Shown here: positions 13,001 through 20,357 of the stretch, in pieces | Layout: each line of letters begins with the position of its first letter | Position numbering within the stretch: the stretch's first letter is position 1 | DNA from: a virus | Lineage: Duplodnaviria > Caudoviricetes | IMG/VR virus record: IMGVR_UViG_3300009163_002034 | Coordinates: 1 to 56,346 of that record | Length of the DNA stretch: 56,346 nt | Direction: 5' to 3' (one strand) | Notes under the pieces: model-generated | Told to the model about the DNA's origin: nothing | Seen by the model: only the letters and a program-made list of their open reading frames with translations | The model's database searches: none | Translations under genes and position numbers: made by a program

Positions 13001-15185
13001 CAACCACGGATCAATTCGTTCAATTAGTTTTGGTACAGGTAACATTGTATTAGCACATACAACTGCGGCACAAACAGTGTTGGATATGGCAAATGCCAGT
13101 AACTTTACTTGGACAGGCACTGGCGGTTTTACTACTACAATGTCAGTGACACGAACATTCACTTTTGGTACTACGGGTGGTTCCTCAACTAATGCACCAA
13201 ACTTAACATTGAGTAGTGGCGCATCAGTAGCAACAATTACTACAGGTAGTTATTTTAACACACTTAGTTTTGGTACTACTGCGTTTACAATAGGTACAAT
13301 AACATTAAACTTAAATGGACTGACTTTATCTGCCACCGGCACATATACAACATTAACAGCTAACATGATTGGTACTGGTACTATTACAGGTAATACCAAC
13401 ACCACATTAGTTACCTTAACAATCAATAGTACATCCGGCACTACTACGTTAGGTGACGCATTTAGTTTAGCCGCAACTGGAGTAACAACGTTAACAAGTG
13501 GCACATTGGCATTAGCTACTTTTACTTTAACAACTGGTGTATTCAGTTCAAGTAATGCCAATACTCGTTCAATTAGTTTTGGTACAGGTAATATTGCATT
13601 AACTCACACTACTGCATCTACTACAGTATTGTCAATGGCCACTGCCACTGGATTTACTTATACAACTACTACTGGTGGATTTACCAGTATAATGTCATTG
13701 GCAAGAATATTTGTATTTGGTACTACCGGTGGCTCATCAACTAATGCACCAAATTTAACACTCAGTAGCGGTTCATCAATAGCAACAATTACTACAGGTA
13801 GTTGGTTTAATAAATTAGATTTTGGAACTACAGCATTCAATCCAGGAACCACTGCGTTAAACTTAAATGCATTAACACTATCAAGTGGTGGTACATTTAC
13901 AACATTGACACCAACAATGGTTGGTACTGGTAGCATCACAAGTAATGGCAAAACTATATCCGCATTAACAATCAACAGCACATCAGGTACTACTACATTG
14001 GCTGATGCGTTGTCATTGGCACTTGCCACAGCAACAACTACTTTAACGAGTGGAACACTGGCACTTGGTGGATTTACATTAACTACTGGTATATTCAGTT
14101 CAACTAACGCAAACACTCGCTCAATAAGTTTTGGTACAGGTAATATTGTGTTGGCTCATACTACAGCCGCACAAACTGTATTGTCAATGGCAACTGCTAC
14201 TGGATTTACTTATACAGGTACAGGTGGATTTACCGCAGATGCGTCAGTAACCAGAACATATACATTTGGTACTACTGGTGGTTTAGCAACTAACAGTCCA
14301 AATTTATCAATAACTGGTAGTGGTACTCAAATTGCAACACTTACAACCGGTAGTTGGTTTAACACACTGAGTTTTGGTAGTACTGTGTTTACCTTAGCTA
14401 CAACAAGTTTAAACTTGAACGGATTAACATTATCAACTGGTGCAGGTGTATATACCAACTTGGTACCAACAATGGTTGGGACTGGTTCAATCAATACAAA
14501 TGGTAAAAGTTTATCTACATTAACTATCAATCATTCAGGTACTACTACACTATCAAGTGACGTAACCACAAGTACAAGCACAACATTGACCAGCGGTACA
14601 TTGGCATTGGCAGGATTTACACTGACCCCAACACAATTTATTTCAGGCACGGCAGCTACTAGAGCAATTTCTGGCGCAGGAACTGGGGTAATTTCATTGG
14701 CTAACGATTGGACTGTATCAGACGGTACAGGATTTACTGGTTCTGATTATACCATTAACATGACAAAAGCAACAGCTAAGACCTTTGCAGGAGCCGGGGG
14801 ATCGTATGGTACTCTTGTTCAAGCAGGAGCTGGTGCATTGACTATCAGTGGATCAAATACATTAGCCGATATACAAGCAACTACTAGACCTTCAACAATT
14901 ACTTTTACCGCAGGAACAACACAAACAGTAAGTCTATTTACCCTTGCTGGAACTGTTGGTAACTTAGTAACAATTAACAGCGTCACACCAGGATCACGAT
15001 TCACGTTGTCTAAAGCTAGCGGTACTGTAACAGCAAGTTATTTAAGTATTAAAGATAGTGCTGCTGTTGGCGGTGCAGTTTGGAATGCATATAATGGAAC
15101 TAACACCGACAGCGGAAACAACATAGGTTGGTTATTTATAGCACCATCTATCTCTGGAAACGGAAACTTTATGGCCTTCTTCTAA
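4008..15185 (+). CDS. Giant Thr/Gly-rich repetitive adhesin/fibre-like protein, 3725 aa
   Basis: Starts ANRYWVGGTGTW; about 16 repeat units marked by (G/A)S(W/Y)F(N/K)xL and TGIFSS..TRSIxFGTxNI; beta-helix-like composition. Confidence 0.75.
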   Translation: MANRYWVGGTGTWTTTTTNWSASSGGASGASAPTAADSVFFDQAATYTVTMTGALTCLDITVSAGTVTFTSTGTLAVSGSMSLLAGTLWSATGTITFNATTSKTITTNAVTINSPITFAGVGGTWTLGSNLTLGLTLTTTLTNGTISLSTFTLATGIFSSAGTAARSISFGTGNIDLTHTTAGTIVLAMATATLFTVSGTGGFTSAMSVTRTFQFGSTAGGSATNSPNLSLTSGASIPTLSAASWFNTLNFNGSTCTPASTTLNLNGLTLALGGTYTNLTPTMVGTGTITSNGNTTLTNLTINSTSGTTTLGADFALTATSTTTLTSGTLALGTFTLSTGIFSSNNSTTRSISFGTGTINLTHTTATTTVLNMPTVTGFTYTGTGGFTTAATVARAVFFGNTAGGTSANAPNMTVTGTGTSVISFATGSWFNTLSFTSTVFNPGTTALNLNGLTLSPSGTFTSLTPTMVGTGTITSSGNTTLASLTIASTSGTTTLGDTFTLTATSTTTLTSGTLALANFTLSTGIFSSAGLLTRAISFGTGNIALTHTTAGTTVLSMATVTGFTYTATTGGFTSAMSVARTFTFGTTAGSTTNAPNLSLPSGASIPTLTTGSWFNTLNFNGSTCTPAVTALNLNGLTLASGGNYASLTPTMVGTGTITSNTNTTLASLNIASTSGTTTLGDTFTLTATSTTTLTSGTLALGTFTLSTGIFSSSSAVTRAISFGTGNIALTHTTAATVVLNMATVTGFTYTGTGGFTSAMGNTRTFTFGTTGGSTTNSVNLTLSGASVATLTTASYFNKLDFTTSTFNPGTTTLNLNGLTLSNGVGAVYTTMTVNMVGTGTITPNTNTTLGPLIINNGAGTTTLAAALSCTTFTMTAGTINFATFNLTCSSTAAYTSGTLSNIGTITCTTFTVNGTFTLSSGTITPSVSFVLTSGAFNYNGGTLSAVPTFTHTAGTVTLGQAYALTATGTYTLTAGTLNLNGYDLTTGIFSSTGTGVRSITFGTNTIILNHSTAAQTVLSMAIVTNFTYTGTGGFVTDTTSVTRTVTFGTTGGSATNAPLLTLTGSGTNVITFTTGSWFKNLSFGTTAFNPGTTALSIVGDLTLSSGGTFTGLTATMVTTGTITNNTKTIAALTINSTSGTTTLSAALTVSGTTTLTSGTLNLANFTITTAIFSSSNTNTRSITFGTGTIILSNNTATTILSMAIATNFTCDNTSAGGFVVASLNSGLLETVVFGTTGGSTTNAPNLTVGNSNTTLFLNITDSSWFNTLTSTYTNAYINYSTGATTQVLGTYVSTLALSNQRDNYTGFLPNFTRTQTYTTTTSQVLAGIGFNCPGGTLTIVDPVRNFNAFTINTYAGTVVTTLALVAGTIDVSDAANAYDGISDSMGFGRIVSSNQNTRSMAFGSNIMQLANASSPYVYATSISMADTTNFTSTGTGGFWLYPYTGTAITIGTTAGGSVTSTFNLYVGNFGAPGALTITTGSWFKTLSFIAPYGFSSFSGTITSTSINCSSLALSTYVSFSNLSATMRDTGTITSTSPGTTTMGNLTINNGAGTTTLATALSCTTFTQTDGTIDFATFNLTCSSTATYTTGTLSNIGTISCTTWTISAASTFTLTQGTITPSVSFVLTSGAFNYNGGTLSAVPTFTHTAGTVTLGQALSLAATGTYTLTAGTLNLNGFDLTTGIFSSSNTNTRSITFGTNNIVLAHTTAATVVLSMAIATGFTYTGTGGFTSDMSVTRTFTFGTTSGSTTNAPNLSLISGASTSTFTDGSWFKALDFTGSTCTVAVTASLLGINVDTLTLATGGTYTSLIPVFTRSQTWTPQYSKQLGGIGFNVVGGTFTLGGAQTYTATSVTILTAGTMDLGGFDFTTGSFLSSNTNTRSINFGTNNIILATTTAATTVLSMAVVTGFTYTGTGGFQTDATSVTRTVTFGTTGGSSTNAPSLSITGSGTNVITLTTGSWFNTLSFGTTAFTVPATSLSVNSLTLSSGGTFTGLTATMVGTGTITSNNKPIAALTINHSGTTTLADALSTGITATTTLTIGTLNLNGFDLTTGIFSSSNTSTRSIIFGSNNIILSTTTAAQIVLAMATATGFTWDNTSIGGFTSTMSTTRTFQFGQTAGGSATNAPNLTLISGSSIATLTTGSWFDNLSFGGSGGTEFTLGTTALSINGSLTLSNAALAIFTGLTPTMVGTGTITSYGKTIAALTINSTSGTTTLGGALSFALATATTTLTSGTLNLGGFDLTTGIFSSTNTNTRSIVFGTNNIILAHTTAATTVLSMATATGFTWDNTSTGGFTAAADITRTFTFGTTGGSTTNAPNLSITGSGTAIATITTASWFNNLNFNSTAFTVPATALSIAGGLTLSSAALAVYTGLSITMVDTGTFTTNGKTIAAFTVNNGAGTTTMLGAIGCTTFTMTAGTIDFAFYAITCSGAFTYTSGTILNFPGSLSTTTLTINGTLTMTAGMTITATVSVVLQSGAFNYNGGTLTTPVFTQTTGAVTLGQPLTITGAYTLTAGTLDLGNNNLTVGTFVSSTANTRSISFGTASITLNTSVAASTVLSMATVTGFTYTGTGNFISDAAVTRTFTFGTTGGSITNSPNLAINGSGTAIATITTGSWFNTLSFDTTAFVLPATSLNLESLTLSPGGTFTGLTITMLDTGTITGNSRTIVSMTINHSGTTTIAGTLLTCTGSITLTAGTLTLTANLNLLTTNGQFVSTNTNTRSINFGAFNIDLQCTTSATVVLNMADATGFTYSGTGGFTSPSTSTRTFTFGTTSGSITNSPNLTLTGVGTSVSTFTTGSWFNTLSFGSTVFTLAATSLNLNGLTLSTGAGVYTNLTANMRGTGTITPNTNTTLGPLVINNGAGTTTLAAALSCTTFTMTAGAIDFATFNLTCSGTATYTSGTLSNIGTISCTTFTVNIGTFTLTQGTITPSVSFVVSGSGTFNYNGGTLSAVPTFTQSQGNVTLGKAYALTATGTYSFSGAGTLDLAGFTLTTGIFSCNHGSIRSISFGTGNIVLAHTTAAQTVLDMANASNFTWTGTGGFTTTMSVTRTFTFGTTGGSSTNAPNLTLSSGASVATITTGSYFNTLSFGTTAFTIGTITLNLNGLTLSATGTYTTLTANMIGTGTITGNTNTTLVTLTINSTSGTTTLGDAFSLAATGVTTLTSGTLALATFTLTTGVFSSSNANTRSISFGTGNIALTHTTASTTVLSMATATGFTYTTTTGGFTSIMSLARIFVFGTTGGSSTNAPNLTLSSGSSIATITTGSWFNKLDFGTTAFNPGTTALNLNALTLSSGGTFTTLTPTMVGTGSITSNGKTISALTINSTSGTTTLADALSLALATATTTLTSGTLALGGFTLTTGIFSSTNANTRSISFGTGNIVLAHTTAAQTVLSMATATGFTYTGTGGFTADASVTRTYTFGTTGGLATNSPNLSITGSGTQIATLTTGSWFNTLSFGSTVFTLATTSLNLNGLTLSTGAGVYTNLVPTMVGTGSINTNGKSLSTLTINHSGTTTLSSDVTTSTSTTLTSGTLALAGFTLTPTQFISGTAATRAISGAGTGVISLANDWTVSDGTGFTGSDYTINMTKATAKTFAGAGGSYGTLVQAGAGALTISGSNTLADIQATTRPSTITFTAGTTQTVSLFTLAGTVGNLVTINSVTPGSRFTLSKASGTVTASYLSIKDSAAVGGAVWNAYNGTNTDSGNNIGWLFIAPSISGNGNFMAFF

Positions 15186-15264
15186 ATATCGTAAGTACAG
15201 TACGATTGAAAAAATGATAAATAAGAGTAATATCTGGTAGAACGCTACTTATCATGAGGTAAAA

Positions 15265-18200
15265 ATGAGTTTAATTTTAAAACAAGAACCCGCAAACACT
15301 ATATCAACGCCTCCGGCCGGCAAAAGTACACTATTTGTCAATGACAATAGTGTAATGTCTGTTAAAGACCCATCGGGCAATGTAACTACTTTTCCAACGG
15401 CCCAAGGCGCAAACACACAAGTTTTCTTTAACGATAATGGTGCAATTAACGGGAATACTGCTCTTGTATTTGATAAGAACAATGGATTACTAACTGTAGC
15501 TAATGTAAGTATTACTGGAACATTAAGTGCTGGTAATATCTCTATATCAACTATCAGTGATGGTAATAGTAGTATAGCAATAGCACCAAACGCTAATATA
15601 ACAATGAGCGTTAATGGAAACGCTAATATAATGACAGTGACTGTTTCTGGCGTTAACGTTGCCGGAACGCTTAGTGCCACCGGCAATACTACTTTGGGCA
15701 ATCTTTCTGTTACAGGAACACTGAATGCAGGTGACATATCAGTTGGTAGTATTGCAAATGGTACAAGTAATATTGATATTGTTGGTGTAAGTGGTAATGT
15801 GACTACCAGTGTTAATGGCACAGCAAATGTTTTAGTAGTTGCATCTACTGGTGTTAACGTTGCCGGAACATTCAGTGCTAGCGGTAATGCAAACGTTGGT
15901 AACATAGGTGCTACCAATGGTGTGTTTACTAATGTAAGTGGAAATGGATCAAGTTTAAGTTCTATAACCGGTGCAAATGTAACCGGAACAGTTGGTCTTG
16001 CATCATTTGCAACAACAGCAAATGCAGTAGCAGGCGCTAATGTAAGTGGTGCAGTCAGTTTTGCAACAACAGCTAATAGTGTAGCAGGCGCCAATGTAAC
16101 TGGTGAAGTTGGATTAGCAACATATGCTACAACAGCAAATGCAGTAGCAGGCGCTAATGTAAGTGGTGCAGTTGGAATGGCAGCGTATGCTACTACTGCT
16201 AATAATGTAGCAGGTGCTAACGTAAGTGGACAAGTTGCTTATGCGGCAACAGCAAATAGTGTTGCAGGGGCTAACGTATCAGGTGTTGTATCCAGTGCTA
16301 CTACAGCGGGTACAGTCACTACAGCCGCACAACCAAACATTACAAGTACCGGAATATTAGCAAATCTATCGGTGTCGGGTAATGCTAATGTTGGTAACTT
16401 AGGTGCAACACAAGGTATATTCACTGATGTCTCAGGTAATGGCTCAAGTTTAAGCTCAATAACAGGCGCTAATGTAACAGGTGCAGTATCATTCGCATCA
16501 ACCGCTAATGCAGTAGCAGGTGCTAATGTATCAGGTACGGTGGCTAATGCAACATATGCGACTAGTGCAGGTACTGCAGGTACTGCTGGTTCTGCAACTA
16601 CAGCCGGTACAGTCACAACTAACGCACAACCAAACATCACAAGTACTGGCACGTTATCAAGTTTATCAGTGTCAGGTAACATCGCAGCCGGAAATGTCAA
16701 TGCCGGTAATTTATTAACTGCAAATTATTCAACTTCTGTATTGACTACAGCAGCTCAACCAAACATAACAAGTACCGGCACATTATCAGGTTTATCAGTA
16801 AGTGGTAATGCAAACGTTGGTAACATAGGTGCTAATAATGCAGTATTCACATCAGTAAGTGGTAATGGTTCAAGTTTGAGTTCTATTACAGGCGCAAACG
16901 TAACAGGTGCAGTTGCATTTGCAACTACAGCCAATAGTGTAGCCGGGGCTAACGTTTTAGGTGCGGTTGCTTTTGCAACGACAGCTAATAGTGTAGCCGG
17001 GGCTAACGTTTCAGGTACAGTAGCCAATGCAACATATGCAACCAGTGCTGGTACTGCTGGTACAGTTACAACTAACGCACAACCAAACATAACAAGCACC
17101 GGTACACTTGCAAGTTTATCAGTAAGTGGTAATGCCAACGTAGGTAATATAGGTGCAACATTTGGCGTATTTACTAATGTAAGTGGTAACGGATCAAGTT
17201 TAAGTTCAATCACAGGTGCTAATGTTACCGGTGCCGTATCATTTGCAACGACAGCTAATAGTGTAGCAGGGGCTAATGTAAGTGGTACAGTAGCTAATGC
17301 AACATATGCAACCAGTGCAGGTACTGCTGGTTCTGCAACTACAGCGGGTACTGTAACAACTAATGCACAACCAAACATCACAAGTACTGGCACACTAGCT
17401 TCATTAAGTGTAACCGGTACTGCAACAGCAGGTAACTTAGCAACCGCCGGCACACTAAGTGCAGGTGGTAATGCAAACGTTGGTAACTTAGGTACAGCAG
17501 CCTTAGTCGCAACTGGAACAGGTAGCTTTGGTGGTAATGTTAACTTAAATAGCTTTAATATCACAAGTCTTGCAACACCGGTTAATGACACTGATGCGGC
17601 AACAAAAGCATATGTAGATACTGTGGCACAAGGTCTTGATACTAAGGCTAGTGTTGTGGCTGCAACTACAGCTAATATTACTTTATCAGGTGCACAAACT
17701 ATTGATGGTATATCTATTGTAGCCGGTAATAGAGTATTAGTCAAGAATCAAACAGCGCCGGCAGAAAACGGTCTATATCTATGTGCCACCGGTGCTTGGA
17801 CAAGAACGACAGATATGACAACTTGGGCACAAGTTCCGGGTGCATATGTATTTGTTGAAGGTGGTACTACACAAGCAGATACTGGTTGGGTATGTACATC
17901 AGATGCAGGTGGCACAATTGGTGTAACTGCAATGACTTGGGCACAGTTTTCAGGCGCAGGTAGTTACACGGCAGGAACAGGATTAACTTTAACCGGCACA
18001 ACATTCAGTGTTAATGTTGCACAATCACAAATTACTTCAGTTGGTACATTAACAAGTTTAAGTGTTTCTGGTAATGCAAACATTGGAAATATTGGTACAG
18101 GTGGAGTAATTACAGCTACAGGAACTGCAACAGCAGGGAACTTAGCTACAAGTGGAACATTAAGTGCAGGTGGTAATGCTAACGTTGGTAACTTGGGTGT

Positions 18201-19866
18201 TACTGGAGTATTTGCTACTACAGTAAGTGCTACGGGTAATGCAAACGTTGGTAACATAGGTGCTAATAATGCAGTATTCACATCAGTAAGTGGTAATGGT
18301 TCAAGTTTGAGTTCTATTACAGGCGCAAATGTAACCGGAGCAGTATCATTCGCAACTACAGCTAATAGTGTAGCTGGTGCTAACGTGTCAGGTGCAGTTG
18401 CATTTGCAACGACAGCTAATAGTGTAGCAGGAGCTAACGTAAGTGGTCAGGTAGGTAATGCATTAATTGCAGGCACGGTCTACACAAATGCTCAACCAAA
18501 CATTACAAGTACTGGTACATTGACAAGTTTAAGTGTATCTGGTAATGCTACAGTTGGTAACTTAGTTGGCCCACATGCAAGTGGTAATAGTAACATTGCA
18601 ATTATAGCTAACAGTAACATTGCAATGACAGTTGCTGGAACAGCTAACGTGTTGTTAGTAACCGCTACTGGTGCAAACATTACTGGTACGTTTAGTACTA
18701 GTGGTAATGCTAACGTAGGCAATATTGGTGCTACACAGGGTGTATTCACTAACGTATCAGGTAATGGTTCAACACTAAGCTCAATTACAGGCGCAAACGT
18801 AACAGGTGCAGTATCATTCGCTACAACAGCTAATGCAGTAGCAGGTGCAAACGTAAGTGGTACTGTGAGTTCAGCAACTACAGCCGGAACAGTAACGACA
18901 GCCGCACAGGGTAACATTACAAGTGTTGGAACATTAACAGGACTGACAGTTGGTAATGCTACTGCTAATGCAGTGTTTGGTAATGGTACTATCGTATTGA
19001 ATTCAGGTCTTATCACTGGTAACGCTAATGGTATATCAAGTGTTCAAGCTGGTAATATTGTTGGTACTACATTGGGTGCAACAGTTGTTACTTCAAGTTT
19101 AACCGCAGTTGGTACATTAGCTTCATTAAGTGTGTCGGGTAATGCTACAGTCGGTAACATTGTTGGCCCTCATGCATCAGGTAATAGTAATATTGCAATT
19201 ACTGCTAACAGTAACATCGCAATGACAGTAGCGGGTACTGCTAACGTATTATTGGTAACTGCAACTGGTGCAAACATAACTGGTACATTGAGTGTCAGTG
19301 GTAATGCTAACGTAGGTAATTTAGGCGCAACTAACTTAGTTGGTACAGTAACAACCGCATCACAAACAAGTATAACCGCAGTTGGCACATTAACCTCATT
19401 AAGTGTGTCGGGTAATGCTACAGTGGGTAATATCAGTGCTACTAACCATACTGGTACTACTTCAAACATTACCGGTCAATATATCTCTACGGTAACTACA
19501 GGTACTGCTCCGTTAGTTGTTAGTTCAACTACTCAAGTTGCTAACTTGTCAGTTGCAACAGCAGGCTCAGCTACGACTGCAGGTAGTGCTACTACAGCAG
19601 GCACAGTGACAACAGCGGCTCAACCTAACATTACTTCAGTTGGTACACTAAGTTCATTGAGTGTATCAGGTAATGCTAACGTTGGTAACATTGGTGCTGC
19701 ATCCGGTATATACACTACACTAAGTGCATCAGGTAATGCTAGCGCAGGTAACTTAGTGTTAGCTAATGCGGCAATTATTACAGTAGGTGCAAACACTAAC
19801 GTGGGTACTATTACTGGTAACTTTTCATTGAGTGCAGGTTCTCGTCACGCGGCGACTTACTCCTAA
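15265..19866 (+). CDS. Tail fibre protein, 1533 aa
   Basis: GAGG RBS; DAATKAYVD and LSGAQTIDG..RVLVKNQT..ENGLY fibre module; many GANV(S/T)G repeats. Confidence 0.8.
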   Translation: MSLILKQEPANTISTPPAGKSTLFVNDNSVMSVKDPSGNVTTFPTAQGANTQVFFNDNGAINGNTALVFDKNNGLLTVANVSITGTLSAGNISISTISDGNSSIAIAPNANITMSVNGNANIMTVTVSGVNVAGTLSATGNTTLGNLSVTGTLNAGDISVGSIANGTSNIDIVGVSGNVTTSVNGTANVLVVASTGVNVAGTFSASGNANVGNIGATNGVFTNVSGNGSSLSSITGANVTGTVGLASFATTANAVAGANVSGAVSFATTANSVAGANVTGEVGLATYATTANAVAGANVSGAVGMAAYATTANNVAGANVSGQVAYAATANSVAGANVSGVVSSATTAGTVTTAAQPNITSTGILANLSVSGNANVGNLGATQGIFTDVSGNGSSLSSITGANVTGAVSFASTANAVAGANVSGTVANATYATSAGTAGTAGSATTAGTVTTNAQPNITSTGTLSSLSVSGNIAAGNVNAGNLLTANYSTSVLTTAAQPNITSTGTLSGLSVSGNANVGNIGANNAVFTSVSGNGSSLSSITGANVTGAVAFATTANSVAGANVLGAVAFATTANSVAGANVSGTVANATYATSAGTAGTVTTNAQPNITSTGTLASLSVSGNANVGNIGATFGVFTNVSGNGSSLSSITGANVTGAVSFATTANSVAGANVSGTVANATYATSAGTAGSATTAGTVTTNAQPNITSTGTLASLSVTGTATAGNLATAGTLSAGGNANVGNLGTAALVATGTGSFGGNVNLNSFNITSLATPVNDTDAATKAYVDTVAQGLDTKASVVAATTANITLSGAQTIDGISIVAGNRVLVKNQTAPAENGLYLCATGAWTRTTDMTTWAQVPGAYVFVEGGTTQADTGWVCTSDAGGTIGVTAMTWAQFSGAGSYTAGTGLTLTGTTFSVNVAQSQITSVGTLTSLSVSGNANIGNIGTGGVITATGTATAGNLATSGTLSAGGNANVGNLGVTGVFATTVSATGNANVGNIGANNAVFTSVSGNGSSLSSITGANVTGAVSFATTANSVAGANVSGAVAFATTANSVAGANVSGQVGNALIAGTVYTNAQPNITSTGTLTSLSVSGNATVGNLVGPHASGNSNIAIIANSNIAMTVAGTANVLLVTATGANITGTFSTSGNANVGNIGATQGVFTNVSGNGSTLSSITGANVTGAVSFATTANAVAGANVSGTVSSATTAGTVTTAAQGNITSVGTLTGLTVGNATANAVFGNGTIVLNSGLITGNANGISSVQAGNIVGTTLGATVVTSSLTAVGTLASLSVSGNATVGNIVGPHASGNSNIAITANSNIAMTVAGTANVLLVTATGANITGTLSVSGNANVGNLGATNLVGTVTTASQTSITAVGTLTSLSVSGNATVGNISATNHTGTTSNITGQYISTVTTGTAPLVVSSTTQVANLSVATAGSATTAGSATTAGTVTTAAQPNITSVGTLSSLSVSGNANVGNIGAASGIYTTLSASGNASAGNLVLANAAIITVGANTNVGTITGNFSLSAGSRHAATYS

Positions 19867-19876
19867 TATAGTCAAA

Positions 19877-19918
19877 TTCATAGACACTTTCTTAAAATGA
19901 TAAGTAAGTGTCTATGAA
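19877..19918 (+). promoter_or_regulatory. Hairpin occluding the start of the next gene, with a late-promoter-like motif at its apex
   Basis: TTCATAGACACTT (19877-89) is the exact reverse complement of AAGTGTCTATGAA (19906-18); TAAGTA at 19901-06. Confidence 0.6.
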
Positions 19919-20357
19919 CATCTTTCAATCATCGTATGAAGCAAGGCTTCAAGATTGGTTTCAATTACGGAATTCCGTATCTGGTTTACCCTTACAGGAT
20001 AAATGCATCACTATAGATAAATGGTGGCAAACTGCGCCATTAGTTACCCATCATCTGCACCCGCATGATATGGACAACTGGCCTGATCCCTGGGTACTTT
20101 TGTCCGAAAATACCTACTGTGAGGTTGCAAGATCGTTAGGAATGTGTTATACTCTATTGTTGATAGGTATAACCAACATAGAATTGGTTTTGGCAAAGAA
20201 TAACATAGGTGAAGATGTGGTACTAGTCCTAGTAGACAACGCAAAATATATACTGAATTACTGGCCTAATACGGTCATAAGTAATAGTCTAGCAGAATTC
20301 ACCATAATACAAAAATTAGATATAACAACAATAACAGAGAAGATAAGTAAACTATGA
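19914..20357 (+). CDS. Hypothetical protein, possibly transglutaminase-like cysteine protease fold
   Basis: WPDPWxLL..NxYCEVARSLGMCYTL loosely resembles the BTLCP/C93 catalytic-Cys segment; alternative GTG start at 19908. Confidence 0.5.
   Translation: MNIFQSSYEARLQDWFQLRNSVSGLPLQDKCITIDKWWQTAPLVTHHLHPHDMDNWPDPWVLLSENTYCEVARSLGMCYTLLLIGITNIELVLAKNNIGEDVVLVLVDNAKYILNYWPNTVISNSLAEFTIIQKLDITTITEKISKL

Noticed and set aside
135-19469. Many minus-strand ORFs (Val/Pro/Leu-rich) in the fibre region
   Set aside because: Antisense shadows of repetitive Thr/Gly/Asn codons; no independent signals.
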